Source: Acidobacteriota bacterium (GTDB lineage: Bacteria > Acidobacteriota > UBA890 > WLXD01). From it: a stretch of DNA of 64,000 nucleotides. The stretch spans positions 96,001-160,000 of the forward strand of contig CBDBHB010000008.1 of NCBI GenBank assembly GCA_965205505.1, in the 5' to 3' direction. The translations under genes and the position numbers were made by a program. Below are positions 50,752 through 60,785 of this stretch, piece by piece (within the stretch, counting starts at the first letter, position 1; every line of letters starts with the position of its first letter). The notes beneath the pieces were generated by a model. It saw nothing but the letters and a program-made list of their open reading frames with translations. It had not been told where the DNA came from and made no database searches.

Positions 50752-51498
50752 TCAGTTGCTATGCGAGTACTCCGCGGGTGCGATTAACGATCCGATCGCC
50801 TCACCGCAGACTGCCCTCACGATATTACCGGATTCCCGCATGTTGAAGATCAGAATGGGGAGCTCGTTCTCCATACAGTGAGCAACGGCCGCTGAGTCCA
50901 TTACCCCGAGTCGACGGCTCAGCACTTCCTCGAACGTGGTCCGCTCGATCAGCTGCGCGCTCGGGTCACTGACTGGATCCGCGGTGAACACTCCGTCGAC
51001 CTTGGTGCCCTTCATCAATACATCGGCGCCCATCTCCAGCGCCCGCAGCGCGGCCGCCGTATCAGTAGAGAAATACGGGCTACCGGTGCCGGCCGCAAAG
51101 ATGACTACGCGACCCTTTTGTAGATGCCGCAGTGCCCGACGACGAATGAAGGGCTCGGCCACCTGGTCCATGCGCAGAGCGGACATGACACGGGTGTCGA
51201 GCCCTGTCTTCTCGAGGGCCTCCTGCAACGCCAAGCTGTTCATTACCGTTGCCAGCATGCCGATGTGGTCGGCGGTGACACGATCGATTCCGAGATCTTT
51301 GGCATTTATGCCCCGGAAGATATTCCCACCGCCGATGACGATGCCCATTTCGTCGCACGCTGAGCGCGCTTCGCGGATCTGCTCAGCGATGCTGTGGGCG
51401 ACCCGGTGATCGATTCCGTAGCCCACCGAGCCCATCAACACCTCGCCGGACAGTTTCAGAAGCACGCGGCGATACGCCGGCCGAGCGTCGTTGGTCAT
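50752..51498 (-). CDS. pyrH: UMP kinase
   Basis: RVLLKLSGE, GGGNIFRG, FSTDTAAALRA. Confidence 0.97.
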   Translation of the reverse strand: MTNDARPAYRRVLLKLSGEVLMGSVGYGIDHRVAHSIAEQIREARSACDEMGIVIGGGNIFRGINAKDLGIDRVTADHIGMLATVMNSLALQEALEKTGLDTRVMSALRMDQVAEPFIRRRALRHLQKGRVVIFAAGTGSPYFSTDTAAALRALEMGADVLMKGTKVDGVFTADPVSDPSAQLIERTTFEEVLSRRLGVMDSAAVAHCMENELPILIFNMRESGNIVRAVCGEAIGSLIAPAEYSHSN

Positions 51499-51599
51499 GC
51501 GACCCGCAAATCCCATCTGCGATAGGCAACGATCATCTGTTTACAGGCCACTTCTAAGAGAAGGCCTAGTTCGGTCAAGGGCAATGTGGTGCCCAGCGA

Positions 51600-51800
51600 A
51601 GAATCGATCTGCACGCCATGCTCCTATTCGCACTCTGGTGGACGAGGATTCAGGTCGTCCGGTGCATTCTGGGGTCCGTCCCGATTCGAGGCGCTGCAAT
51701 CTAGCTGCCGAGCTCGAAGCTCGTAGTGACCTTCGCAGTCGCCCGGACCGGGCGGTCAGATCGATAACCGTTGGGTCGCGTCGCCCTACCGACCTCCTGG
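51600..51800 (-). ncRNA. Putative bridge/seek RNA of the IS110 element
   Basis: Stem-internal loop-stem at 51690-51743 and a second stem-loop at ~51620-51668; loop segments match the element's own junction; boundaries approximate. Confidence 0.55.
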
Positions 51801-51812
51801 TTGCGGGTTAGT

Positions 51813-52315
51813 TCATGCTGCTGAAACCTCTACAGGTGCGCGCAACGGTTCGTACTCGTCTCCACTCAGCCACAGTCGGTGCAGCACAACGGCGAGCTTA
51901 CGGGCGACAGCAACTGCTGCCTTTTTGTTGCCATGAGGACCACCGCGTCCGGCCAGCTTGAGCCCCCAGCGTCTGAGCTCAGTATCGGGCCCGAAGGGGC
52001 CCAGGATGTAATGCGCCGAGCCCACCAACAGGCGTCGGAGCATTTTGTCGCCCGCCTTGGTTATTCGTAGCGCAGGGTCCTTGTCCCCCGACTGCCGTTT
52101 CTTCGGTCTCAGTCCCAGGTACGGGCCCACGGCTCTGGAGGTATTGAACCGCTCCGGCTCCTCGAGCGTCAGCACATACGCCAGTGCGGTCAGAGCTCCG
52201 ACCCCGGCCACTTGCTGGAGCTGCTGTGTCTCCGGGTATCGCCCCTGGCACAGCTGCACGATCTGACGCTCGTATTGCTGGATGTTGCCCGTCAGCATGG
52301 CGATCGTTTCAAGCA
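51813..52315 (-). pseudogene. IS110 recombinase C-terminal fragment (N-terminal DEDD domain missing)
   Basis: GVG.LTA, YLGL.P...QSG, RITKAG...LRRLLV, AVAVARKLAV.LH. Confidence 0.9.
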
Positions 52316-52380
52316 CTCCTTGCCTGCACTTCGCAAGACCCTGTCGCCAGACCCACCACACTTTCACCACGGCCTGCTAG
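52316..52380. mobile_element. Partial family A copy (65 bp) at the tsf stop
   Basis: CTCCTTGCCT..CGCAAGACCCTGTCGCCAGACCCACCACACTTTCACCACGGCCTGCTAG. Confidence 0.85.
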
Positions 52381-53012
52381 TCGGAGCTGACAGCGTTGCT
52401 CACCGCCAAAGTGGCATCTGAATCACCAATCGCCAGCCGTGAGAAACGCCCAACGCGGATGTTCTCTCCAAGCTTCGTGACAGCGTCGGTGATCAGATCG
52501 GTGACCTTCTTGTCGGGCTCTTTGACGAAGCCCTGCTCGAGCAGGCACGTCTCGGCCAGGAACCGGTTGATCTTTCCGTCGACGATCTTGTCGATGATGT
52601 TGTCCGGCTTGCCTTCTGACACCGCCTGCTCACGGTACACCTGCCGTTCGGCTTCCAACGTCGTGGCATCGACCTCGTCGCGACCGATGTGCTTGGGGTT
52701 TGCTGCCGCCACGTGCATGGCCAGGTCGCGGGCGAGGGAAACGAATTCCTCGTTTCGTGCAACGAAGTCAGTCTCGCAGTTGAGCTCGAGCAACACCGCG
52801 ATCTTGCCTCCCATGTGCACGTATGTCTCGATGCGTCCCTCGGTCGCCGCGCGGCCGGCCTTTTTGGCGGCCTTCGCCTTGCCCATGGTGCGGAGAACCT
52901 TGATTGCCTCGTCGATATCTCCGTTCGCTTCCCGCAGCGCCTGCTTGCAATCCATGAAGCCGACGCCGGTGCGCTCTCTTAGTTCCTTGACGAGGATCGC
53001 ACTGATGTCCAT
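52377..53012 (-). CDS. tsf: Elongation factor Ts (short form)
   Basis: VKELRERTG, ELNCETDFVA, LAMHVAA. Confidence 0.97.
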   Translation of the reverse strand: MDISAILVKELRERTGVGFMDCKQALREANGDIDEAIKVLRTMGKAKAAKKAGRAATEGRIETYVHMGGKIAVLLELNCETDFVARNEEFVSLARDLAMHVAAANPKHIGRDEVDATTLEAERQVYREQAVSEGKPDNIIDKIVDGKINRFLAETCLLEQGFVKEPDKKVTDLITDAVTKLGENIRVGRFSRLAIGDSDATLAVSNAVSSD

Positions 53013-53091
53013 CTGTTGTCTTCCTCGTGAGCAAAGTACGTGGCAGTCACGGAGGTGTCCGCTCCACCAGCGGTTTGGTAGCAGTTGGGCG

Positions 53092-54509
53092 TCAGGCCTC
53101 GTCGGTCGCCGACGCAGTCTCCGAGTCGGTGTCGGGCTCCTCCAGCGCGACGGCCTCAGCTGTCTTGTCGTCGGCCAGGCCTTCCTCCGCCAACGCAGCC
53201 GCCTCTTCTGCTGCGAGCTCGTCTCCCGCCTCTGCATCGTCGGACGCCGCCGCCTCCGACGAATCCGCTGCCTCGACTACCTCATCTGCGGCCTCAGTGA
53301 CCTCAGTGACCTCAGCGACCTCAGCGACCTCAGCGACCTCCGCGACCTCCGCGACCTCAGCGACCTCAGCGACCTCAGCGACCTCAGCGACCTCAGCGAC
53401 CTCAGCGACCTCAGCGACCTCAGCGACCTCAGCGACCTCAGCGACCTCAGCGACCTCAGCGACCTCAGCGACCTCCGCGACCTCCGCGACCTCCGCGACC
53501 TCCGCGACCTCAGCGACCTCAGCGACCTCAGCGACCTCAGCGACCTCAGCGACCTCAGCGACCTCAGCGACCTCCGCGACCTCCGCGACCTCCGCGACCT
53601 CCGCGACCTCCGCGACCTCCGCGACCTCAGCGCAGCGACCTCAGCGACCTCAGCGACCTCAGCGACCTCAGCGACCTCCGCGACCTCCGCGACCTCGACC
53701 TCCGCGACCTCAGCGACCTCAGCGACCTCAGCGACCTCAGCGACCTCAGCGACCTCAGCGACTTCCGCGACCCCAGCGACTTCCGCGACCTCAGCAGCTT
53801 CGACGACCTCATCGAGGGTGGCCTCATACGTGCCTCGACCCGCCAGGAGTGCATTCGACGCCGCCCCGCAGAACAGTCGGATCGCACGCAGGGCATCGTC
53901 ATTGCCCGGAACGACGAAGTCGATCCCGTCCGGATCGCAATTCGTATCAACGATCGCGACGACCGGGATCCCCAGCTTCAAAGCCTCATCGACCGCTATC
54001 CGCTCGCGCCGGATGTCCATCACGAAGACGACGTCGGGCAGGCCCCCCATGTGCTTGATTCCGACGAGGTTGCGGTCGAGCTTGAAGAGCTCACGCTTGA
54101 GCTTCAGCACCTCCTTCTTGGGCAGAAGATCGAAGCGCCCATCCTCCGCCATCGCCTCGAGATCCTTGTAGCGATCGATGCTCTTGCGGATCGTTTGATA
54201 GTTGGTGAGCAGCCCCCCGAGCCAGCGGTGGTTGACGTAGTACTGACCGCAGCGGGTCGCCTCCTCGGCGATGATCTCCTGAGCCTGACGCTTCGTACCG
54301 ACGAAGAGCACCTTGCCGCCCTGTGCCGCTTCCTGCTCGAGGAAGCTGAGCGCGTCCTTCCACGCCGCCTGGGTCTTCTGCAGGTCGATGATGTAGATAC
54401 CGTTCTTCTTCCCGAAGATGAATGGCTTCATCTTGGGATTCCAGCGCCCGGTCTGATGGCCGAAATGGACCCCGGCCTCGAGCAGCTGCCGCAGCGAAAC
54501 GCCGACCAC
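53092..54509 (-). CDS. rpsB: 30S ribosomal protein S2 with a very long (EVA)n acidic tail; frameshift at ~53632
   Basis: [30 protein letters not shown]; the acidic frame resumes after the repeat and ends at TGA 53092. Confidence 0.93.
53291..53796. repeat. 9-bp tandem array GACCTC(A/C)GC, about 55 units
   Basis: Directly visible; one 5-nt unit at 53632-53636 and one 6-nt unit at ~53691. Confidence 0.97.
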
Positions 54510-54517
54510 GATTCCTC

Positions 54518-54910
54518 CTAACGCTTGCTGAACTGGAACCTGGCGCGCGCACCCTTGAGACCGTACTTCTTGCGCTCCTTCCTGCGAGCGTCACGCGTCA
54601 GCAATCCGTGTTCCTTGAGGGCGGCGCGGAGGCCGGGATCGGAGTCGAGAAGCGCGCGCGCCACACCGTGTCGCACTGCCCCTGCCTGTCCCGACGGCCC
54701 GCCGCCTTTCACCGTAATCAACAAATCGACCTTACCTTCGGCCTCGGTCACCCTTAGCGGCAAGATCACCGCCGCTCGATGCGTTGCAATTGGGAAGTAG
54801 TGTTCGAGCGTCCGTCGATTGACAGTGATCTCTCCGGTGCCCGGGCGCATGAATACCCGCGCGATGGACGACTTCCGCTTGCCAGTTCCGTAGTACCGAA
54901 CCTCTGTCAT
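54518..54910 (-). CDS. rpsI: 30S ribosomal protein S9
   Basis: [27 protein letters not shown]. Confidence 0.98.
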   Translation of the reverse strand: MTEVRYYGTGKRKSSIARVFMRPGTGEITVNRRTLEHYFPIATHRAAVILPLRVTEAEGKVDLLITVKGGGPSGQAGAVRHGVARALLDSDPGLRAALKEHGLLTRDARRKERKKYGLKGARARFQFSKR

Positions 54911-54920
54911 CGTCTCCTCG

Positions 54921-55358
54921 TCAAGCCTTGCCGCCGACGAACTGCTCGGGATGCTGGCTCGCATGCGGATGCTCGGGACCTGCGTACACGCGCAGCTTGC
55001 CGTACATCTGCCGACCCAGCCGGGTCTTCGGGAGCATTCCCTTCACCGCGGCTTCGAGAACTCGCTCGGGATGCGTCTCCAGGATGCGTCGTGCGTTGGT
55101 TTCCTTCAGGCCTCCCGGATAACCGCTGTAACGGTAGTACTTCTTGTCATCGAGCTTGTTGCCCGTCAAGACGATCTTCTCGGCATTCACCACCACGACG
55201 TGGTCACCGCAATCCAGAAAAGGTGTGTAGATCGCCTTGTGCTTCCCCATCAGCAGGCGGGCGATCGTCGTGGACAGACGGCCCAGCACCTGGCCTTCAG
55301 CATCGATTGACCACCAACGACGCTCGATGTCCTTGGCGGATGGGTATGGCGTACTCAT
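54921..55358 (-). CDS. rplM: 50S ribosomal protein L13
   Basis: [26 protein letters not shown]. Confidence 0.98.
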   Translation of the reverse strand: MSTPYPSAKDIERRWWSIDAEGQVLGRLSTTIARLLMGKHKAIYTPFLDCGDHVVVVNAEKIVLTGNKLDDKKYYRYSGYPGGLKETNARRILETHPERVLEAAVKGMLPKTRLGRQMYGKLRVYAGPEHPHASQHPEQFVGGKA

Positions 55359-55442
55359 CGACTCAACCTTGTCTTGCGGGCTCGACCACCGGCGTGAGCT
55401 TCGCGGTACCCCGCGTCTCGTTGCTCGGCTGCGGCAGCATCC

Positions 55443-57539
55443 CTAGACCTCGACAGAAGCACGCTCGGCCTCGGTCAGCGCCTTCAGCGACAGCCGAATG
55501 CGATTCGGAGCCTCAATCTTGACCACCTTGACCGTAAGCTCCTGCCCTTCACTCACATGCTCACGCATATCATCGACGTGATGCTCTGCAACTTCGGAAA
55601 TGTGCAGCAAGCCGTCTGTTCCCGGCAGGATCTCGACGAACGCACCGAAATCCTTGATCGAGCGCACCTTACCGCGATACACCTTGCCGACCTCGGCCTC
55701 CTGTGTGAGGTCCGAGATCATCTTCTGGGCAGCCGCACAGGCATCGGAGTCCGGTGACGCGATCTGCACGGTGCCGTCGTCCTCGACGTTGATCTTGCAA
55801 CCCGTGTCCTCCTGCATCTGCCGAATGATGCGCCCACCCGGGCCGATGATGTCGCGGATACGATCGACCGGGATCTTCACGCTTATGATCTTCGGTGCCC
55901 AGCGACTAGTTTCGGCGCGCGGCGCCGCCAGCGCCTCACTCATCGTCTTCAAGATGTGTATGCGGTTCTGTCGCGCTTGCTCGAGCGCCTGCTCCAAGAT
56001 CTCCCTCGACAAACCGGAGACCTTGATGTCCATCTGCAGCGCGGTGATACCGCGTGGCGTACCCGCCACCTTGAAGTCCATGTCTCCGTAGTGGTCTTCC
56101 TCGCCGGCGATGTCGGACAGGATGACGACGGTGTCCTCGTCCTTCATGAGGCCCATTGCGATCCCTGCCACGGGCGCGCGGATCGGCACCCCGGCGTCCA
56201 TCAGCGATAGCGTGGCGCCACATATCGTGGCCATCGATGATGACCCGTTCGACTCGAAAATCTCCGATACGGTCCGCAATACGTAAGGCCAGTCGTCGTC
56301 CGTCGGCAAGACCGGTTCGATGGCCCGCTCGGCAAGATTTCCATGGCCGATCTCGCGACGACCCGGGCCACGCATGAAGCGCGCCTCACCAACGGAGAAC
56401 GGCGGGAAGTTGTAGTGGAGCATGAAGCGCTTCCAGAATTCGCCGTCATATCCCTCGACCTTGCGGGCATCGTCCGTCGTGCCGAGGGTCGTGGTAACAA
56501 AGGCCTGCGTCTCACCGCGCGTAAACAACGCCGAGCCATGGGCGCGTGGTGAGTAGCCCACCTCGCACCGAATCGGTCGGACCTCATCAAAGGTTCTACC
56601 GTCGAAGCGCTTGCCCTCAGTCAGCGCCGAGTGGCGCGTAGCACGCTTCACCAGCTCCGAGATGGCCTCGCCAGCATCGGCGGACCAATCGGCGTTCTCC
56701 TCGGCGATGGCGTCCTTGATCTCGTTCTTGATCTCCCCCATCCGGTCCCGGCGCTCGATCTTGTCGGCGATCGTCAGGGCCTCGCGGATCCCATCGCCAC
56801 CGATCTCCTCGACGCGCGTGCACAGATCCGCGTCGAGCACGGCCGGCTCAAAGACGAATTTCTCCACGCCGAGCTGCTCGCGGACACGCTCCTGTAGATC
56901 GATATAAGCCTCGACATACGGCTGCGCAAACTCGAACGCCCCGATGACCTCGGCTTCACTGACCTCGTCGGCGCTAGCCTCGACCATCATCACCGCGTCG
57001 CGGCGCGCGCAAAGGATGAGATCGAGGCAGCTGTTGTCCAACTGCGTCGAGGTGGGATTGAGCAGGTAGCCGTCCTCGTCGAGCCCGACGCGGAAGGCCG
57101 CGAACGGTGTATCGAACGGGATGCGCGAGCAATTCAGCGCCATCGACGCGCCCATCTTGGCCAAGATCGCCGGATCGTTCTCGCCGTCGGCCGAAAGCAC
57201 CATCCCGATCACCTGCGTCTCGTACCGATACCCTTTCGGGAACAGTGGACGGATGCTGCGATCGATCATGCGAGAGGTGAGGATCTCCTTGTCTGCAGGC
57301 CGCCCTTCACGCTTGAAAAAGCCCCCTGGAATACGGCCCCCAGCATACGTCCACTCACGATAGTCGACCGTAAGCGGCAGAAACGATGCGGCTTTCGGCT
57401 TGCGGTCCATTACCGCGGTGACCAGCACCTTGGTGTCACCACAGGACACCACCACGGAGCCATCCGCCTGGCGAGCCACATGGCCGAGCTCGAACTCGAT
57501 TGTCTGGCCATTTAGCTCGATCTTCTCTTGCACGATCAT
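55443..57539 (-). CDS. pnp: Polyribonucleotide nucleotidyltransferase
   Basis: IPGGFFKREG, RREIGHG, ESNGSSSMA, GDMDFKVAG, KH and S1 domains. Confidence 0.98.
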   Translation of the reverse strand: MIVQEKIELNGQTIEFELGHVARQADGSVVVSCGDTKVLVTAVMDRKPKAASFLPLTVDYREWTYAGGRIPGGFFKREGRPADKEILTSRMIDRSIRPLFPKGYRYETQVIGMVLSADGENDPAILAKMGASMALNCSRIPFDTPFAAFRVGLDEDGYLLNPTSTQLDNSCLDLILCARRDAVMMVEASADEVSEAEVIGAFEFAQPYVEAYIDLQERVREQLGVEKFVFEPAVLDADLCTRVEEIGGDGIREALTIADKIERRDRMGEIKNEIKDAIAEENADWSADAGEAISELVKRATRHSALTEGKRFDGRTFDEVRPIRCEVGYSPRAHGSALFTRGETQAFVTTTLGTTDDARKVEGYDGEFWKRFMLHYNFPPFSVGEARFMRGPGRREIGHGNLAERAIEPVLPTDDDWPYVLRTVSEIFESNGSSSMATICGATLSLMDAGVPIRAPVAGIAMGLMKDEDTVVILSDIAGEEDHYGDMDFKVAGTPRGITALQMDIKVSGLSREILEQALEQARQNRIHILKTMSEALAAPRAETSRWAPKIISVKIPVDRIRDIIGPGGRIIRQMQEDTGCKINVEDDGTVQIASPDSDACAAAQKMISDLTQEAEVGKVYRGKVRSIKDFGAFVEILPGTDGLLHISEVAEHHVDDMREHVSEGQELTVKVVKIEAPNRIRLSLKALTEAERASVEV

Positions 57540-57730
57540 CTAGTGTCTTCCTCCAAGCCGCACAGCGACCTCGGTACAGGCGAGCGAGCGCGCAGCTTGG
57601 TTACACGATCAGGGGTGGGGTGGAGTGTGCTTCCCCGAGGTGTGTTCCCAGCAGGCTTCGAAGTTCCCCTTCGCCGCGCCCGCGTTCCGCTTCTTTTCTT
57701 ACCCCGTTTCCTTCCGCAGCAGGCGCACGA

Positions 57731-57991
57731 CTAGTGTCGCAATCCTAGCCTCTTTATTAGATTCTGGTACCGTGCCACATCTACGCGCCGCAGGTAATCA
57801 AGCAGGCGGCGACGCTTGCCGACGAGCATCTGCAACCCGCGCTGGGTCGCATAGTCGCTCCGGTTGGCCTTCATGTGTTCCGTGAGGTGCCGGACGCGCG
57901 AGCTTAGCTGCGCGATTTGAACCTCTGACGACCCCGTGTCCGCCGGGTGCTGCCGGTACTCGTCGATCGCTATCTCCGCTTGATTCATCAT
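57731..57991 (-). CDS. rpsO: 30S ribosomal protein S15
   Basis: DTGSSEVQIA, GKRRRLLDYL, LGLR. Confidence 0.96.
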   Translation of the reverse strand: MMNQAEIAIDEYRQHPADTGSSEVQIAQLSSRVRHLTEHMKANRSDYATQRGLQMLVGKRRRLLDYLRRVDVARYQNLIKRLGLRH

Positions 57992-58147
57992 CCTCTTCGC
58001 GTAACTCGCTATCTACCGTGTTCATGGGTTTGCCAAGGCACACAAGGTTCACAGGCGTCCGGACGCACGAGCGCCAGGCAGGCGGCAACGGTAGCATGGG
58101 GCCTGTTGGCTGTAAACGCGCCGCAGGCGCCAGGGAGCGGCAGCGCG

Positions 58148-58239
58148 TCGTCAACGATGGGTCACCATCGCCTTCTCCTTGCCTTCGCCTCCCAAGACCC
58201 TGTCGCCAGACCCACCACACTTCCACCACGGCCTGCTAG
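58148..58239. mobile_element. Partial family A copy (92 bp) at the truB stop
   Basis: TCGTCAACGATGGGTCACCATCGCC...CCACACTTCCACCACGGCCTGCTAG. Confidence 0.88.
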
Positions 58240-59159
58240 AGCAGCACGATGCGCGGTTGCAGCATCCCCCCGGGAAGCAGCTCCGCCGCGGCCAGTAGAT
58301 GCGCTTCCGGATCCATCACTCGCACCCAGCCTCCGCGGCTCCGCGACGGTGCCGAGCCGTCAGCCGGAACGCGCTCGACGATGCAATGAGGCTCTAACAC
58401 CCCGCCGTGGCGAAGGACGTCGACGCCCACCCGATCTACCACCACGCCGGGCCACTCTTGCACCATGGCGGCCGCCGGCAAAATGCCGGCCTCGATGTCC
58501 TCGACCGGGCCGCTGGCCAAGATCTCCCAGCTCAGCGCCCCCGACAGATCGAACCGTCCGATTCGCAAGCGGCGCAGCGAAGCAAGGTGCGCCGGACACC
58601 CCACCGCCACCCCGATGTCGTGCGCCAGGGTACGCACATACGTGCCCGATCCGCAGTGCACGCGCAACTTCAGGACGTCGGCATCGTGATCGATCAGATC
58701 AATGGAGTAAACACGCACGGGCACCGGCTCGTGAACGACCACTTCTCCACGCCGAGCCCGCTTGTAGGCCGGCTGACCGCGAATCTTCTTGGCCGAATAA
58801 ACAGGCGGAACCTGCTGGATCTCGCCGACGAATGACTCCAGGATCTCTGCCAGTCGTTGCGGCTCTATGGCCGGCACAGGAATGCGACTGCCTACCATCT
58901 CGCCTTCGGAGTCGTAGGTATCCGTGGCCCAACCGAGCCGAATGCCGCATTCGTACAGCTTGTCCTGGCTTTGCAGAAACCTCGCCAACCGCGTCGCACG
59001 GCCCAAGCACAGGATCAACACACCAGTTGCCTGTGGATCGAGCGTCCCGGTGTGCCCAACGCGGCACCGGAGCCGTTGTCGCACCTTGGCAACGACGTCG
59101 TGGGACGTCACGGCGGGAGGCTTGTCGGCCACCAGCATGCCGGCCAGCTTGTTGTTCAA
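58236..59159 (-). CDS. truB: tRNA pseudouridine(55) synthase
   Basis: DKP..TSHD, GHTGTLDP, PPVYSAKK, GTYVRTL. Confidence 0.97.
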   Translation of the reverse strand: MNNKLAGMLVADKPPAVTSHDVVAKVRQRLRCRVGHTGTLDPQATGVLILCLGRATRLARFLQSQDKLYECGIRLGWATDTYDSEGEMVGSRIPVPAIEPQRLAEILESFVGEIQQVPPVYSAKKIRGQPAYKRARRGEVVVHEPVPVRVYSIDLIDHDADVLKLRVHCGSGTYVRTLAHDIGVAVGCPAHLASLRRLRIGRFDLSGALSWEILASGPVEDIEAGILPAAAMVQEWPGVVVDRVGVDVLRHGGVLEPHCIVERVPADGSAPSRSRGGWVRVMDPEAHLLAAAELLPGGMLQPRIVLL

Positions 59160-60130
59160 CCGACTACGCCTCGTGATCGCTTGGACCTGATCTTCGTCAT
59201 GATGCTCGCACGCACCTCCTCGAGCGAGCCATCGAGCTGGCAGCCGGCGGCGCGCGGATGGCCGCCGCCCCCATAGGACGCGGCGAGCTCGGCAACGTCT
59301 ACGCTCCCATCGGAGCGTAGGCTGACCCGGAAACGATCGCGGGCGACCTCCTTGAAGAGCAGCGAGACTCCGACGCCGGCGATCGCTTGCGCCTGATTGA
59401 TCAGCCCCTCGGTATCACCGCCGCCCCGACGCGCGAAATCACGACGCCAGAGCACCATCCAGGCAACGTAGCCATGTTCCTCCAACTTCAGCGTCGCGAG
59501 CGCGTCGGCAAGGAGGTAGACGCGCGCCGCCGGCACGTTGCCGTACACCGCCTCCGCGATCGCAGACGCGTCGGCGCCCAAGCTGACCATGTCGGCAGCA
59601 AACTGGAGGGCTGCCGCGTCGGTATTGGAATGGTGGAACGAACCAGTATCGGTAAGCACCGCGACGTACAGCAGAGTGGCTATTGAGGGTGTGATCTCGG
59701 CTCCCAAGGGCTCGGCTAGACGCGCCACCATCATGCTGGTAGCGGCGACCTGCGGATCGATCCAGTTCACGTTGGCGAACATTGCGTTCTGACTGTGATG
59801 ATCGATGTTCAGCGACTCGATTCGATCGAGCCCCGAGACCCCGGCACGAGCAAAATCCGAGCACTCGACCAGAATGCTAGCGCGAGCCCGGCGCGACACC
59901 GCATCGAGCGACTGTACTCGGGAGCACTCCGGCAACCAGCCAAACCGCTGAGGGAATGGCTGCTGGATCACCACCTCTGACCGCTTACCGACCTGATCGA
60001 GCATGAGCGACAGGCCGAGCGATGAGCCCAGCGAATCGCCGTCTGGATCGGTGTGCGAGGCGATGACAAAATCGTCGCGTCGGTCGATCCACCGGACTGC
60101 CCGGTCTATTCCGTCACCCGTCGGCGGCAT
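59156..60130 (-). CDS. nrnA: DHH family phosphoesterase (NrnA-like)
   Basis: H..PDGD, IDHH, TDTG, SLRS, GGGH..AAG. Confidence 0.88.
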   Translation of the reverse strand: MPPTGDGIDRAVRWIDRRDDFVIASHTDPDGDSLGSSLGLSLMLDQVGKRSEVVIQQPFPQRFGWLPECSRVQSLDAVSRRARASILVECSDFARAGVSGLDRIESLNIDHHSQNAMFANVNWIDPQVAATSMMVARLAEPLGAEITPSIATLLYVAVLTDTGSFHHSNTDAAALQFAADMVSLGADASAIAEAVYGNVPAARVYLLADALATLKLEEHGYVAWMVLWRRDFARRGGGDTEGLINQAQAIAGVGVSLLFKEVARDRFRVSLRSDGSVDVAELAASYGGGGHPRAAGCQLDGSLEEVRASIMTKIRSKRSRGVVG

Positions 60131-60491
60131 CCGTCCCACCTTCCTCCGGCTCCTGCGGCGCACCCTGACGGATCAGCTCATCGATTCGATCGCCGTGATC
60201 GAGGGTACGGTCGACCTCGAAATGCAACTCGGGTGTTCGACGCAGCTGTACCCGTCGCCCGACCTCCCTGCGGAGGAAACCGCTCGCCCGAGTCAGGCTT
60301 TGCATCGACTTCGTTTCCGCATCGGCGTCGCCGAGCACGCTGATGAATACACGGGCGTGACACAGGTCAGCGCTCATGCGTACCTCGGTCACTGTGACGA
60401 AGCCCAGCCCTGGATCCTTGACCTCGTTCAACAACAGGTCAGCCAGCGCTGCCCGCAGGCTGTCTCCAACACGTCGTGGTCGATGCCGCAT
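60114..60491 (-). CDS. rbfA: Ribosome-binding factor A
   Basis: KDP, VTVTEV..SADL, LRRTPELHF. Confidence 0.96.
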   Translation of the reverse strand: MRHRPRRVGDSLRAALADLLLNEVKDPGLGFVTVTEVRMSADLCHARVFISVLGDADAETKSMQSLTRASGFLRREVGRRVQLRRTPELHFEVDRTLDHGDRIDELIRQGAPQEPEEGGTDAADG

Positions 60492-60506
60492 CGTTCGGTT
60501 CCTTGC

Positions 60507-60785
60507 CTAGCAGGCCGTTGTGAAAGTGTGGCGGGCCTGGTTACGGCGAGTTGGGGCCAGATGCAAGGCGGCCTGACGCAGGCGATGCCCTAGCCATCGT
60601 CCAGGAGGGCCAACGCCGCAGATGGCCCCAAATCGCCGTAACCCTCCGGGCGATAGGGGGTTGCGCGCGTATGCTGCGTCGTTCCTCGTCAACGATGGGG
60701 TAACCATCGCCTCCTCCTTTCTCCTTGCCTCCCCCTCGCAAGACCCTGTCGCCAGGCCCGCCAAACTTCCACCACGGCCTGCTAG
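60507..60785. mobile_element. 279-bp MITE-like element (family A), full copy 2
   Basis: Colinear with 3671-3949, CTAG at both ends, scattered substitutions. Confidence 0.9.

Larger units (their letters stand above)
51551..52315 (-). mobile_element. Truncated IS110-family element (IS1111-like, long downstream non-coding end)
   Basis: C-terminal half of the transposase followed by ~260 nt of structured non-coding DNA, outward TTGACC (51573-51578) and terminal TAGAAG. Confidence 0.8.

Noticed and set aside
53291-53796. Possible CRISPR array
   Set aside because: Contiguous 9-bp units with no unique spacers, inside rpsB; no cas genes in the window.
52396-54171. Long plus-strand ORFs (591 aa with (SDL)n and 343 aa with (SAT)n)
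   Set aside because: Antisense shadows of tsf and rpsB kept open by the stop-free repeat.
57540-57730. Structured pnp leader or small RNA between rpsO and pnp
   Set aside because: Only a partial GC-rich pairing is visible; it cannot be supported without a covariance search.
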